DNA of 64,000 nt from Spirochaetia bacterium (GTDB taxonomy: Bacteria > Spirochaetota > Spirochaetia > SZUA-6 > Bin103), in the NCBI GenBank assembly GCA_965203515.1, contig OZ241907.1, forward strand, positions 2,976,001-3,040,000, given 5' to 3'. A model generated the notes under the pieces. That model was not told the origin of the DNA, did not search any database, and saw only the letters and a list, made by a program, of their open reading frames with translations. Numbering within the stretch: the stretch's first letter is position 1; each line of letters opens with the position of its first letter. Shown here one piece after another: positions 36,316 to 45,352 of the stretch. The position numbers were made by a program, and so were the translations under genes.

Positions 36316-38127
36316 TTACGACCGGTCCGGCGGGCGGTCGGCCAGCGCCAGCATCTGCACCCGGTAGAGCTTGGCGTACACCCCGTCTTGGGCGAGCAGG
36401 CGATCGTGGCCGCCCTCCTCGGCCAGCTTCCCGTCGTGCAGGACCAGGATGCGATCGACCGACCGGATCGTCGACAGCCGGTGGGCGATCACGACCGCGG
36501 TGCGCCCGGCAAGCAGGGTGGCGGTGGCGTCCTCGATGAGGCGCTCCGACTCCGCGTCGATGCTGGAGGTCGCCTCGTCCATGATCACCACGTCGGGATC
36601 GCGCACGAACGCGCGCGCGAACGACAGGAGCTGCTTCTGTCCGGTCGACAGGGACTTGCCCTCCTCCAGCACCTCCTGGTCGTAGCCGCGCGGCAGCGAC
36701 CGGATGAACGCATCCAGATTGACCGCCTGCGCCGCCTCCATCACCCGGGCGCGGCTCACGGATCGGTCGAACAGGGCGATGTTGTCGTGCACGGTGCCGC
36801 TGAACAGGAACAGCGACTGGGGAATGGTGACGATCCGCCGGCGCAACTCGCCCGCCGCGATCCGGCGCACGTCGACGCCGTCGACCTCCACCGTGCCGCG
36901 ATCGACGTCGTACAACCGGTTGATCAGGTTGATCACCGTCGACTTGCCGGAGCCGGTGCTGCCGACCAGCGCGATCCGCTCGCCCGGCCGCACCTGGAAC
37001 GACAGGTCGGTGAAGATCGGCGTTCCCGGCGTATAGGCAAAGCTGACGCCGCGAAACGCCACGCCGGCGCCCTGCTCGCCGCGCGGCGGCGGCGGTACGG
37101 CCGGGCCGGCCATGGCGATCGATTCGCCGCGGTCGAGCATGGCAAAGATGCGCTCGGAAGCCGCCATCGCCGACTGGAAGCTGTTGAACTTCTCCGCGAG
37201 CTGGCGCAGCGGCATGAACAGCATGGTGATGTAGCCGGCAAAGGCGAACACGTCGCCGACCTGAACGGAGACGCCGATGGTGAGATGCGCGGCCAGCATC
37301 ACCGTGAGCATGCCGACGTGGGTGACCACCTCTATGGTGGGGAAGTACCGCGAGAAGGCGCGGACGACGACCAGATAGGAGCGCAGGTAGTCGCGGTTGT
37401 GCTCCCGGAAGTCGGCCAGGCTGCGCGCCTGATGGTTCAGCACCGTGATCTCGCGGATGCCGGTGACCGTCTCCGACAGCGACGTGTTGATCGCCGCGTT
37501 GGCGGCGCGCACGCCGCGGAAGCCGCGGCGCAGGGCATTCCGAAAGGCGACCGTGGCGACCGCGAACAGCGGCAGGGTGACGAAGGTGACGGCCGCCAGA
37601 GCCGGATTGATCAGCAGCATCGCGCCCAGGATGAACAGGACCTTCACCGAGTCTCCCAGGATGTTGACGATGCCGTCGGCGATGAACTGGCGGACCGCCT
37701 CCACGTCGTTGGTGACGTTGGTGAGGGTCGCCCCTACCGGCGTGCGGTCGAAGTAGTCGTTGCCGAGCCGCAGCACCTTGCGCAGCAGGTCCAGGCGCAG
37801 GTCGAACAGCAGCCGCTGACCGAGTATCTCGACGATCACCGTGAACCCCACCTGGGTGACGAACCGGCCGACCAGCGCCGCGGCCAGCAGCAGCGCCGTC
37901 GTGCGCAGGCCGCGCAGGTCGCCGGCGGCGACGTCCCGGTCGATGCCGAGCTTGACCAGCGCCGGCACCGACACCTGCAGCAGATCGGTCGCCAGCATGG
38001 CGGCCAGCGAAGCGCCGACCAGCGCCCGGTGGCCCAGCACGTAGGCGCCGAGCCGGCGGGTGAGGCGGAAGTCCAGCCCGCTCTCGCCGGCCCGCGTCCC
38101 TGCCGGCGGCGCGGGACCGCCGCTCAC
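36316..38127 (-). CDS. ABC exporter, fused permease/ATPase (MdlB-like)
   Basis: TM domain plus GSTGSGKST, LSTGQKQ, MDEATS, IAHRLST. Confidence 0.92.
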   Translation of the reverse strand: MSGGPAPPAGTRAGESGLDFRLTRRLGAYVLGHRALVGASLAAMLATDLLQVSVPALVKLGIDRDVAAGDLRGLRTTALLLAAALVGRFVTQVGFTVIVEILGQRLLFDLRLDLLRKVLRLGNDYFDRTPVGATLTNVTNDVEAVRQFIADGIVNILGDSVKVLFILGAMLLINPALAAVTFVTLPLFAVATVAFRNALRRGFRGVRAANAAINTSLSETVTGIREITVLNHQARSLADFREHNRDYLRSYLVVVRAFSRYFPTIEVVTHVGMLTVMLAAHLTIGVSVQVGDVFAFAGYITMLFMPLRQLAEKFNSFQSAMAASERIFAMLDRGESIAMAGPAVPPPPRGEQGAGVAFRGVSFAYTPGTPIFTDLSFQVRPGERIALVGSTGSGKSTVINLINRLYDVDRGTVEVDGVDVRRIAAGELRRRIVTIPQSLFLFSGTVHDNIALFDRSVSRARVMEAAQAVNLDAFIRSLPRGYDQEVLEEGKSLSTGQKQLLSFARAFVRDPDVVIMDEATSSIDAESERLIEDATATLLAGRTAVVIAHRLSTIRSVDRILVLHDGKLAEEGGHDRLLAQDGVYAKLYRVQMLALADRPPDRS

Positions 38128-39863
38128 CGCAACGCCTCCTCGAGCTGCTGCAGCTCCGCCAGCCGGGCGTAGCGGCCGCCGGCGCGCAGCAACCGCCGGT
38201 GCGAGCCGGCCTCCACCACCGTGCCGCCCTCCATGACGGCGATGCGGTCGGCGAGCTGCAGCGCCGACACCCGATGGGAGACGATCACGATCGTACGCAA
38301 CGTCCGCAGGGCGCGCAGATTGGTGAGGATCACCGTCTCGGTATCGGCGTCGACCGACGACAGGGCGTCGTCCAGGATCAACAGGTCGCTGTCCCGCACC
38401 AGCGCCCGCGCGATCGCCACCCGCTGGCGCTGCCCCCCGGACAGGGTGATGCCGCGCTCGCCCACCACCGTATCGTAGCCGTCCGGGAAGCGCGTGACGT
38501 CGTCGTCGACCGCCGCCAGGCGGGCGGCGGCGGCGATCCGCTCGCGGGATACCTGCCGCTCGCTGCCCATGGCGATGTTCTCGGCGACGGTGGCGGAGAA
38601 CAGGAACGGCTCCTGCGGGACGTAGGCGATGCGGCTGCGATAGACGAACGGATCGATCGCCGCGGCGTCGACCCCGTTGAAGGCCAGCGCGCCGGCCGAC
38701 GGCGCGGCGATGCCGGCCAGCAGCAGCACCAGCGAGCTCTTGCCGCTGCCAACGCCGCCGGTGACGCCGAGCGTCCGGCCCGCCTCGATGGTCAGGTCGA
38801 CGCCGCCGAGCGCGTCCCGGTCGGCGTTGGGAAAGCGGTACGCCACGCCGCGCGCGGTCACGGCCAGCGGCCCGGCCGGCACCGGCCGCGGATGAGCCGG
38901 GCGGGCGGCGACCGGATGGTCCAGGATCGTGCGGATGCGCTCCATGGCGCTCACCCCCTGCTGAATGAGCGCGGTCACCCAGCCGAGCGACAGGACCGGG
39001 AAGGTGAGCACGGCCACGATCGCGCTGAACTGCAGCAGCTCGCCGATCGTGAGGGCGCCGCGGATCACCGCGCCGCCGCCCAGGAGCAGGAGCAGCAGCG
39101 TGGCCAACCCGTACAGGAACTGCAGCAACGGCCACAGCACGCCGCGCGTGCGCGCCAGCACCACGTTGGCGGCGACGTAGCGCCGGTTGAGGTCACCGAA
39201 GCGCTCGGTCTCCGAGGCGGCGAGCCCGTACAGCTTGACGGTGTTGATGCCGGTGACGATCTGCCACACGCGGTCGTTGATGGCGGCGACCAGCTCCTGC
39301 ACGCGGCGAAAGCGGGGCCGGAGCCGCGGCGTGACGACGATGATCACGGCGACCAGCACAGCCATCAGCGCACCCAGGGCGGCGGCCAGGGCCGCGTGCA
39401 AGCCGACCAGTACGGGGGCGAACAGCGCCAGCCGCGACAGCGCGTCCGGCACGTACATGATGCCGGGGCCGAGCAGGGTGCGCACGTCGTTCAGATCGTT
39501 GGTGCAGCGGGAGATGATGTCGCCGGTGCGGCGGCGCTGATAGAAGTCGAAGTCGAGCGCCAGCAGCTTGCGGTACAGCAGATCGCGCAGCTCGTACTCG
39601 ACGTCGCGCGACACGCCGATGATGAGCCGCCGCATGCCGAACATGCAGACGCCCACGCCGGCGGCGAAGGCGAACGCCCAGGCGATCAGCCGCAGCACGA
39701 CCGCGCGCTCGTTGGCGCCGGCGGCGATCTCGTCCAGGAGCTGCCGGAGCAGCTCCGAACCCCGCAACAGGGCGTAGTTCTGGCCGATCATGCAGACGAA
39801 GCCGAGCAGCAGCCGGCCGGCGCGGCGCCGCAGCGCCGGAAGGAGGATGGAGAGGCTTTTGAT
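38124..39863 (-). CDS. ABC exporter, fused permease/ATPase (MdlA-like); first ATG at 39791, frame open further upstream
   Basis: RTGDIISRCTND, GGVGSGKS, LSGGQRQR, LDDALS. GTGA overlap with the partner gene. Confidence 0.9.
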   Translation of the reverse strand: MKSLSILLPALRRRAGRLLLGFVCMIGQNYALLRGSELLRQLLDEIAAGANERAVVLRLIAWAFAFAAGVGVCMFGMRRLIIGVSRDVEYELRDLLYRKLLALDFDFYQRRRTGDIISRCTNDLNDVRTLLGPGIMYVPDALSRLALFAPVLVGLHAALAAALGALMAVLVAVIIVVTPRLRPRFRRVQELVAAINDRVWQIVTGINTVKLYGLAASETERFGDLNRRYVAANVVLARTRGVLWPLLQFLYGLATLLLLLLGGGAVIRGALTIGELLQFSAIVAVLTFPVLSLGWVTALIQQGVSAMERIRTILDHPVAARPAHPRPVPAGPLAVTARGVAYRFPNADRDALGGVDLTIEAGRTLGVTGGVGSGKSSLVLLLAGIAAPSAGALAFNGVDAAAIDPFVYRSRIAYVPQEPFLFSATVAENIAMGSERQVSRERIAAAARLAAVDDDVTRFPDGYDTVVGERGITLSGGQRQRVAIARALVRDSDLLILDDALSSVDADTETVILTNLRALRTLRTIVIVSHRVSALQLADRIAVMEGGTVVEAGSHRRLLRAGGRYARLAELQQLEEALR

Positions 39864-39968
39864 GAGAGGTTCCGAGCGACGCCGATTCTAGCACACCGCC
39901 GAGACCGGACGGCAGCGACCGGCGAGAGCCGGGACGCGACCAACCATGGCGATGCCGTCCCGCTGCCC

Positions 39969-40020
39969 TTGCCGTGAATTACGATCCTGAGTAACTTTAC
40001 TCACAAGGCAGCTACTCAGG
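39969..40020 (+). promoter_or_regulatory. Putative promoter with palindromic operator
   Basis: TTGCCG-17-TAACTT overlapped by TGAGTAA-ct-TTACTCA (39988-40003); an extra half-site TACTCAGG lies at 40013-40020. Confidence 0.6.
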
Positions 40021-41286
40021 ATGACAGGCATCTTCGAACGCCGTCAGGTAGAGACCCTCTGCCGGCGACTCGCCGAACCTCCGAACCGGATGATCGCCCT
40101 GCTCGGGCCGCGGCGGACCGGCAAGACGACCATTGCGCAGCAGGCGCTACGCCGAATCGACCGCCACAGCCGCTACTTGGCGATCGATGAGCCGGACTCC
40201 GCCGCGATCCGCCCGCCGTTCGATGCGGGGGGACCGCTGGTCCGGGCATCGCACGAGCGGAACGCGCGATGGCTGGTACGCAACTGGGAAGCAGCGCGTC
40301 TCGAGGCGGAACGGCAGGGCGGCTCCGTGCTGGTGCTGGACGAGATTCAGAAGATTGATCAGTGGTCGGCAACGGTCAAGGGATTGTGGGATGCCGACCG
40401 CTCCAGAGGCTGCCCGTTGCACGTCGTGATCCTCGGTTCGGCGCCGCTGCTGATGCAGTCGGGATTGAGCGAGAGCCTGGCCGGCCGCTTCGAGCCGATT
40501 CGCGTTACCCATTGGTCGTTCGCGGAAATGACGGCCGCGTTCGGCTTCGACCTGCAGGACTACCTGTACTTCGGCGGCTACCCGGAAGCCGCCGGTCTGC
40601 TGGGCGACGAGGATCGCTGGCGCGACTACCTGCTCGGCGCGGTGGTGGAACCGAACATCGAGCGCGACATCCTGGCGTTGACGCGGGTCGACAAGCCGGC
40701 GCTCCTGAAGCGGCTCTTCGAGTTGGGCGCCGCCTGGTCCGGGCAGATCCTGGCGTTCAACAAGATGCTCGGCCAACTCGACGACGCCGGCAACACGACC
40801 ACGCTGGCGCGGTACCTCGACCTGCTGGCCGCGGCCGGGCTGGTCGCCGGCCTGCCGAAATACGTCGGCACCGCGGCCGGGCGCCGCGCCTCCAGTCCCA
40901 AGCTCAACGTGCTCAACACCGCCCTGATGACCGCCGGCTCCGGCTACTCCTTCGACGAAGCCGCGGCCGACCGGACCTTCCGGGGACGGATCGTCGAGAG
41001 CGCGGTAGGCGCCCACCTGTACAACACCGCGGCGTCCAACGTGCGCCTGCACTATTGGCGGCAAGGTTCGCACGAGGTCGACTTCGTCCTGCAGCGCGGC
41101 CCGACACTGGTCGCCATAGAGGTCAAGAGCCGCGCCCGGCGCGGTGGAATGGCCGGTACGCCGGCCGGCATGAAGGCGTTCGAACAGCGGTATCGCCCGC
41201 GCCGCTCACTGCTTGTCGGAGGGGACGGCATACCGCTGGAAGAGTTCCTGACGCAACCCGCCGGCCATTGGTTCGAAGAAGCATGA
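40021..41286 (+). CDS. AAA_14 ATPase with DUF4143 (PD-(D/E)XK-like) C-terminus
   Basis: GPRRTGKTT, LDEIQK, LGS, ESLAGRF, GGYP, EVDFV...AIEVKS. Confidence 0.92.
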   Translation: MTGIFERRQVETLCRRLAEPPNRMIALLGPRRTGKTTIAQQALRRIDRHSRYLAIDEPDSAAIRPPFDAGGPLVRASHERNARWLVRNWEAARLEAERQGGSVLVLDEIQKIDQWSATVKGLWDADRSRGCPLHVVILGSAPLLMQSGLSESLAGRFEPIRVTHWSFAEMTAAFGFDLQDYLYFGGYPEAAGLLGDEDRWRDYLLGAVVEPNIERDILALTRVDKPALLKRLFELGAAWSGQILAFNKMLGQLDDAGNTTTLARYLDLLAAAGLVAGLPKYVGTAAGRRASSPKLNVLNTALMTAGSGYSFDEAAADRTFRGRIVESAVGAHLYNTAASNVRLHYWRQGSHEVDFVLQRGPTLVAIEVKSRARRGGMAGTPAGMKAFEQRYRPRRSLLVGGDGIPLEEFLTQPAGHWFEEA

Positions 41287-44200
41287 GCCGCATCGTCCCG
41301 CGCACCTGCACCGAGCTCCCGGCCGCGAACGCTGCCGCGGATGCGTCGCGCAGTCCGGCCAAGGCCGGTCAGCCTCTGGAGCGCTTCCGTTCCACCCCCG
41401 CCTACGTGTTGCTCGGCGACCCCGGCGCCGGCAAGACCACCGCCTTCAGGTGCGAGTGCGCGGCGTTGGGCGACGCAGCCTGTTACGTGACCGCACGCGA
41501 CTTCCTCACCTTCGCACCGGACGATCATCCCGAATGGCGGGGCAAGACGCTGTTCATCGACGGCCTGGACGAAAGCCGCGCCAGAACGCCGGACAAGCGC
41601 ACGCCGTTCGACCACATCCGCCGGCAGCTCGACAAGCTCGGAAGACCGCCCTTCCGCCTGTCCTGCCGCACGGCCGATTGGCTGGGCACGAACGACCGCC
41701 AGCATCTTGCTTCCGTCACGCCGCAACGCTCGGCGGTAACGGTCCTGCGGCTCGACCCGTTGACGGCCGACGATGCCAAGACAGTGCTGGCGGCTCGGCA
41801 GGGCATCACCGACCCCGATGCCTTCATCGGCGAAGCCGGAGCGCGCGGTCTCGATGGACTGCTGACCAATCCGCAGAGTCTGAGCCTGCTGGCGAGCGTG
41901 GTCGAACAGAACGGGACCTGGCCGCAGAGCCGGCGGCAGACCTTCGAGCGGGCGTGCCGGCAGTTGGCCGCCGAGCACAACCAGGAACACCGGGCCGCCG
42001 GGCAGCCGCCCGACGTGGGCGCTGCGCTGGACGCCGCCGGGCGTCTGTGCGCGATGCTCCTCATCACCGGCGGCGCCGGCTTCACGGCCGACCAGGATCA
42101 CCCGGACGGCGACTATCTGGACCCCGACGAGTGCGCGTCCGACCCCTGCGCCCCGCACGACCGGTACAACCGGACCGCGCTGCTGCAGGCGCTGTCCACC
42201 AAGCTGTTCGCAGCCGGGACCGAGCGGCGGTTCGTCCCGATCCACCGCCATCTGGCCGAGTTCCTTGGCGCCCGCCACTTGGCGCGGCTCATCGCCGACG
42301 GCCTCCCCGCGCGGCGCGTCCTGGCGCTGATCAGCGGCGAGGATGGCGGCGTGGTGACGGTGCTCCGCGGGTTGGCCGCGTGGCTGGCGACGCTCTGCAA
42401 GGTCGCCCGGCGGGACCTCATCGAGCGCGACCCGATCGGCGTCGTCCTGTACGGCGACGTTCACGACTTCACTACCGATGAGAAGCGCGCGCTCCTGGAA
42501 GCACTGAGGCGGGAGGCTGCGGGACTCGGGGACGCGTGGGCCGCCCCGGCGGTCAGCGCCCTGATCACTCCGGACCTGGAGCCGGTGCTCCGTGACGCCC
42601 TGAAGCCGCCCCTGGATGAACCGTTCTTCGCCTCGTTCGTGCTGTTGGCGCTCACTCACGGAACACCGATTCCGGAGTTCGCCGGATTCCTGCTGGAATT
42701 GGTATATCAACGCCATCGTTGGGTTCAATTTCCATCCTGGGCGCTGGACGCGTTCCTCCACAATTGCCCGGACCAAGACCGCAGAGACCGAACGCTCGAG
42801 CAGATCCTGGCCGACCTGAATGATGGCCGAATTTCCGACTGGAATAGCGAACTGCTCGGCACCGCGTTGACGGCGCTCTATCCCCGGCGCGTAACCGCTT
42901 CGAATATCTGGCAATATCTGCCGGCAACGAACCTCCGGCACCCTTTCGGACCAGGCTATAGCTTCTGGCGCCATCATCTGATCGAACGGTCCTCGGATTC
43001 GAATATCGAAGCCCTGCTGGATGCGCTCGTTACTCGACGCAACGACTTGATACCTGCATTGAAGCTTCTAGGGATGAAAAAGGTCCCGCTCATGCTGTTG
43101 GCATGCGGTGTCGAACGGCGCGGCGACACTTTGGATGCCGCTCGGCTCTGCGACTGGCTGAGTCTCGACATAAAACCAACAGCTCCGGGAAGGAACATCG
43201 CTGTACGACGTATCGGAACCTGGCTCGAACGACGTCCGCACAGGTTGAAGGAGATAATCGTCGAGACCGAACGCCGGTCTGCCGACCGTGCGAAGACCCC
43301 TCGTTCTCTAGTCGACAAAATCCGTCACGGAGCCGAGTTCCCACCTGACTACGGACTCTGGTGTCTGCAGCAGGCGGTGACCGCCACATCCCGGCCATGG
43401 ACCAGGTACTATCTCCGCCAATCCTGCGATGCGCTCGCTTGCAACACCCACCACCGCGGCCTGACCCTGGAAGTCATGTTCGAACGCACCGGGGATGCCC
43501 CCGTCGTTCGAAGGATACTTGAGCAGGAGATGCTCGTCTGCCGTGTTCGCGAGACATTGAAAGAAGACCTCCAGGAACAACAACGTTATCACCAAGAACA
43601 GGAGCGATACCATGGAGAGTGGATCGCATACGTGCGTTCCAACGTAGCTGAACTGCGTGCCGGAAGGGGTGCTCCAAAAGTGCTCTCTCTGATCTCAGTG
43701 GCATACTATGGCGTACTGTCAGAGGTTTCAGGAGACAGTCCCGAAGAACGGATCAGGAATCTCTTTCGAGACGAAGAATCATTGATCGAGGCGGCGTTTT
43801 CGGGCATCCGCGGCACCGTCAGCCGCGGCGACCTGCCGGGAATCGACCAGATCATCGAGAAGACGGGGAGCGATGAGGGGTTTCAGATCGGTCTCCCATT
43901 CCAGGCAGCTCTGGACCTCGAACCGGAGCGCCGGCTGAATGACCGGCAGGCGAGGCAGGCGCTTGCGTTCCATTACAGTACTCCTCCTGCGCTGCGCCCG
44001 CGGACCCAAAGTCCCGAATGGTACCGTACTCTGCTGGCGCGGGATCCAGCGACTGTCGCCGACGTGCTCGTCAAATGCGTCGCCGCCGGGCTCCGCAACG
44101 GCACGCAGGATGCCTCCCTCGTCCATCTGCTACTCGAGGAGGATCACGCCGGCGTGGCACGCCTTGCCGCGTTGCCGTCGCTGCGGAGATTTCCCCTGCG

Positions 44201-45335
44201 TTGTACGGTGCCACAGCTCCGAATTCTGGATTGCTTGCTCCATGCTGCCCTGCGGTACGTCGATAGATTGCGCTTTCAGGAATTGATTGCGGAACGGTTG
44301 TCCCGAAGGAGCATGACCGTCGCCCAACGGGTCCACTGGCTGGCTCTGGGCGTCACCGCGACCTCCGATACCTATCTGGAGCAATTGCAACAACTCGTGC
44401 AGCGCCGAGAGCAGCGCATCACGCATCTGGTGAATTTCCTCGCGACCGCGCGGCCCGACATCGAACGACTGCGGGCGCCGGCGCTGAAGTACCTGATCGG
44501 TCTGCTCGGAAGCACCGTCGGCCGTTGGACGGCGCGTGACTCCGACCCTCAATCAATGAGGTCTGACAGCGCGTCGTCATGCGTCGATCAGATGATACAA
44601 CGACTCGCCATCCTGCCGGAACCGGAAGCCGGCGCCGCGCTGGATGAGCTGGCGTCAGATACCGCGCTTTCCTTCTGGCATGCTACCTTGCATCAGGCTG
44701 GAGACCGGCACCGCGTACTCCGGCGCGACGCCGGCTATCGACACCCCGACGCCGAGCAGGTCCGTAGTACGCTGCGCAACGGCCCACCCGCCAACCCCGG
44801 CGATCTGGCCGCACTGATTACCGATCGGATAGACGAGCTCGCGGGCCGGATACGGACCGCAAACACCGACGACTGGCGCCAGTATTGGAACCTCGATCAA
44901 TACGAACGACCTTGTGGACCGAAGCCCGAAAACTCGTGCAGAGACGCGCTGCTGTCCGATCTGCGACAAATCCTGCCACCCGAGGTCGACGCCCAGCCGG
45001 AGGGAGCATACGCCAATGACAGACGATCTGACGTGCGGATTGGCTGCCGCGGCTTCCACGTCCCGGTAGAAGCCAAGAGAAACTCGCATCGCGACTTGTG
45101 GAGCGCAATCCGCCGCCAGTTGATCGAGCAATACGCCAATGATCCGGCAACCGGAGGATACGGTATCTACCTCGTGTTCTGGTTTGAGACCAAGGGCACT
45201 CCACGGCCGCCCGACGGTGGGGCTGCTCCGAACCGCCCTGACGCGCTTCGAGAGCGATTGGAAGCATTGCTGACGGAGGACGAGCGGCGCCGGATCTCGG
45301 TGCGCGTGATCGACGTCAGCGCGCCGCCCCGATGA
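41283..45335 (+). CDS. Large NACHT/STAND-like NTPase (1350 aa) with C-terminal PD-(D/E)XK-like nuclease
   Basis: GDPGAGKTT, FIDGLDE, SCR, NP, HRHLAEFL, long helical region, then PKPENSCRD...RSDV...PVEAK...QLIEQY...GIYLVFWF. Confidence 0.85.
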   Translation: MSRIVPRTCTELPAANAAADASRSPAKAGQPLERFRSTPAYVLLGDPGAGKTTAFRCECAALGDAACYVTARDFLTFAPDDHPEWRGKTLFIDGLDESRARTPDKRTPFDHIRRQLDKLGRPPFRLSCRTADWLGTNDRQHLASVTPQRSAVTVLRLDPLTADDAKTVLAARQGITDPDAFIGEAGARGLDGLLTNPQSLSLLASVVEQNGTWPQSRRQTFERACRQLAAEHNQEHRAAGQPPDVGAALDAAGRLCAMLLITGGAGFTADQDHPDGDYLDPDECASDPCAPHDRYNRTALLQALSTKLFAAGTERRFVPIHRHLAEFLGARHLARLIADGLPARRVLALISGEDGGVVTVLRGLAAWLATLCKVARRDLIERDPIGVVLYGDVHDFTTDEKRALLEALRREAAGLGDAWAAPAVSALITPDLEPVLRDALKPPLDEPFFASFVLLALTHGTPIPEFAGFLLELVYQRHRWVQFPSWALDAFLHNCPDQDRRDRTLEQILADLNDGRISDWNSELLGTALTALYPRRVTASNIWQYLPATNLRHPFGPGYSFWRHHLIERSSDSNIEALLDALVTRRNDLIPALKLLGMKKVPLMLLACGVERRGDTLDAARLCDWLSLDIKPTAPGRNIAVRRIGTWLERRPHRLKEIIVETERRSADRAKTPRSLVDKIRHGAEFPPDYGLWCLQQAVTATSRPWTRYYLRQSCDALACNTHHRGLTLEVMFERTGDAPVVRRILEQEMLVCRVRETLKEDLQEQQRYHQEQERYHGEWIAYVRSNVAELRAGRGAPKVLSLISVAYYGVLSEVSGDSPEERIRNLFRDEESLIEAAFSGIRGTVSRGDLPGIDQIIEKTGSDEGFQIGLPFQAALDLEPERRLNDRQARQALAFHYSTPPALRPRTQSPEWYRTLLARDPATVADVLVKCVAAGLRNGTQDASLVHLLLEEDHAGVARLAALPSLRRFPLRCTVPQLRILDCLLHAALRYVDRLRFQELIAERLSRRSMTVAQRVHWLALGVTATSDTYLEQLQQLVQRREQRITHLVNFLATARPDIERLRAPALKYLIGLLGSTVGRWTARDSDPQSMRSDSASSCVDQMIQRLAILPEPEAGAALDELASDTALSFWHATLHQAGDRHRVLRRDAGYRHPDAEQVRSTLRNGPPANPGDLAALITDRIDELAGRIRTANTDDWRQYWNLDQYERPCGPKPENSCRDALLSDLRQILPPEVDAQPEGAYANDRRSDVRIGCRGFHVPVEAKRNSHRDLWSAIRRQLIEQYANDPATGGYGIYLVFWFETKGTPRPPDGGAAPNRPDALRERLEALLTEDERRRISVRVIDVSAPPR

Positions 45336-45352
45336 CCGGCCGGCAGGCGGCT

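Noticed and set aside
40362..41282. N-terminal extension of the 1657-aa ORF
   Set aside because: It overlaps the AAA_14 gene in another frame; the real start is ATG 41283 (ATGA coupling).
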